From: Anaerolineales bacterium
GTDB taxonomy: Bacteria > Chloroflexota > Anaerolineae > CG2-30-64-16
Direction: 5' to 3'
NCBI GenBank assembly: GCA_017882045.1
Contig: JADGQF010000006.1
Location: forward strand, 13,887 to 45,886
DNA: 32,000 nt
Below the pieces are notes generated by a model that searched no databases, was not told the DNA's origin, and saw only the letters and a list, made by a program, of their open reading frames with translations. Below, in pieces: positions 30,408-32,000 of this stretch. The stretch's first letter is position 1. Each line of letters starts with the position of its first letter. Made by a program: the position numbers and the translations under genes.

Positions 30408-32000
30408 TCAATTTGACGGCGATGCAGGCCGGCGCGGGTCATAACCGCTGCGCAGATTAGCAATCGCCACATCCAGTCCCTGTCCTATCAGCCGGTTCAC
30501 GAACAAGTTCTCGGCCGGCGCGCCATCCGCAAGCCGGCGGGCAGCCTGGCGCGCCAGGACAACCGCCTCGGGTTGGAACGCCAGGGCCAGCCAACAGGCC
30601 ATCCCGGCAAGCCGTCGCTGGTATAGGTTAACCAGCTCAGGCCCAAAGTGCGTTGCAGCCAGCTCCCTCACCTGGGCGCTGCGCGCCGCGAGGGTGTGCC
30701 GGCGGCCGAGCCGCCGGGCCGCGTCATAGAGCTCGGGAGCCTGCCAGAACCACGTCGCAAAGGCGGGATGGTCGAGGAGGCCCGCAGTACAGGCATCAGA
30801 AGCCGCTGCAAGCGGCGAAGCGCCGGGCACTTCGCCGCCCGGCGGCGCCTCCTCGGCTGCTAGCTTCTGCTTTCCTTCTCCGCCGCTCAATTCCTCAACC
30901 GGCACTTCCCAGATCAGCGGGTTTAAGAGCCAGTACTCCATGGGCGGCGCGTGGCCACTGGCCCAGTTGAGCTCCAGGGCCTCACGCACCACCTGCCGTC
31001 CGGCCTCGAAAGGCACCTCGAGCAGAATAATCGGGGGCGCGTCCTCGGCCTGCCTCATCACATATGTCCCACCAAGCGCCTGCACCGGTGGCAACTCCTC
31101 GACAGGCACGTCCAGCGAACCAAAGCTGGCGACAATCCCTCCGGTATCCTTGCAAAGAATGCTGAACAGAACGCCGTGCACGCCGGCGTCAACACTACCG
31201 TCTCCGCCCTCCGCATTGCGAGCGCCGACAAACCAGACCACTTGCGCGCCCGCCCCATCGACGGGTGACAGCAGAGCCCTCCAGTTACCCGGTTGACGGC
31301 TCGGCTGCTCCAGGCGATCGGACACCCCGCTCATGCGTAGTTTGCGCACACTGCGAGCCGCAACGGCGGCTTGCGCCGGAGGCAAGTTCGCGCCCAGGCT
31401 CAACAACGCCTGGACGGCCTCGGGCGAACGAGTACGGCTCAACTGCTCCAGGGCCGCCTGGGCCAACACCTTGTTCTCGCCCTGGGCGAACATCCGCAAG
31501 AGTGTGATGAGATGTGGGCTGGCCGGCTGGTCCGGGATGGCATCGATAACGGTGCGGGCCACATCGGGAGGCTGTTCCGCCAGTTGGTTAAGGTATTCTA
31601 TCACCACAAACTGGTTGCGCCCCATCTCGTGCACCAGCTCGCGCAATGACTGAGCGGCAACTGTATCCGGGTCCTGTAACCCGGCCAGCAAGGCCTCCTC
31701 GACGGGCTGATGAAGAAAACGATCCAGGATCATCAGGGCCGTCAGGCGCGCCTGATCGCTGCGTTCACGGGCACGAGCCGCCCCGCGCAAGGCTGGCACG
31801 ATTTGTTCGGGATCGAGGCGGGCGGCCACATGTCCCAGACCACCCCGCAGTTGAGGATCGGCAGTATCGAGCAGCGAGAGCAAAACTGGGATGGCAGCGC
31901 TGCCGCGCTGAACGATAGCCTCAGCCCGCTCAACCAATTGGTCGAGACTCGTGGTCTCGCTCAGGGCTGCAAACGCAGTCTCGAGTGCCCTGCGCTCCAT
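30408..32000 (-). CDS. Large uncharacterised protein with an N-terminal HEAT/armadillo-like region (start at or beyond the window edge)
   Basis: 530-aa ORF that reaches the last base of the window. N-terminal helical repeats (IPVLLSLLDTADPQLRGGLGHVAARL, VPALRGAARARERSDQARLTALMIL). I recognise no family in the rest. Confidence 0.65.
   Translation of the reverse strand: MERRALETAFAALSETTSLDQLVERAEAIVQRGSAAIPVLLSLLDTADPQLRGGLGHVAARLDPEQIVPALRGAARARERSDQARLTALMILDRFLHQPVEEALLAGLQDPDTVAAQSLRELVHEMGRNQFVVIEYLNQLAEQPPDVARTVIDAIPDQPASPHLITLLRMFAQGENKVLAQAALEQLSRTRSPEAVQALLSLGANLPPAQAAVAARSVRKLRMSGVSDRLEQPSRQPGNWRALLSPVDGAGAQVVWFVGARNAEGGDGSVDAGVHGVLFSILCKDTGGIVASFGSLDVPVEELPPVQALGGTYVMRQAEDAPPIILLEVPFEAGRQVVREALELNWASGHAPPMEYWLLNPLIWEVPVEELSGGEGKQKLAAEEAPPGGEVPGASPLAAASDACTAGLLDHPAFATWFWQAPELYDAARRLGRRHTLAARSAQVRELAATHFGPELVNLYQRRLAGMACWLALAFQPEAVVLARQAARRLADGAPAENLFVNRLIGQGLDVAIANLRSGYDPRRPASPSN

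Noticed and set aside
1-32000. Mobile elements, CRISPR arrays, tRNA/rRNA genes
   Set aside because: I saw no transposase or integrase-like ORFs, no arrays of regularly spaced repeats, and no intergenic region long enough or cloverleaf-like enough for a tRNA.

Overview
GC-rich bacterial chromosomal window. All calls come from reading the ORF translations and the DNA by eye, with no database search. Only ruvB and queA at the left edge are on the + strand; every other gene is on the - strand. The core (about 7.3-27.6 kb) is a roughly 20 kb co-directional Wood-Ljungdahl (reductive acetyl-CoA) supercluster. Read in transcription order (high to low coordinate), it holds a small HMA-like ORF, acsA/cooS, acsB, a CBS-pair protein, an Fpr-type FNR, acsD and acsC. 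After a 200-nt gap come nfnA, nfnB, the corrinoid reductive activator (RACo), a GNAT, cooC, acsE, malic enzyme, a cysteine-less TrxR/AhpF-like flavoprotein, folD, metV and metF. Directly upstream and co-directional lies a GAF histidine kinase plus REC-ANTAR response regulator (PdtaS/PdtaR-like). A textbook intrinsic terminator, with a candidate antiterminator pairing, and a ~440-nt leader of ambiguous nature separate this pair from the acs genes. The leader is either structured RNA or a Cys-rich N-terminal extension of the HMA-like ORF. This arrangement is the best candidate for something undescribed: RNA-level antitermination control of CODH/ACS, with unusual accessory and redox genes embedded in the operon. 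Flanking genes are tatA, a large HEAT-like protein (cut by the window edge), a LysM/GerMN secreted protein, a CBS protein, an acyl-CoA dehydrogenase, a hypothetical protein and a membrane-anchored HEAT-repeat protein. I saw no rRNA, tRNA, CRISPR array or transposase. The many long + strand ORFs opposite the acs genes are antisense shadows typical of GC-rich DNA.
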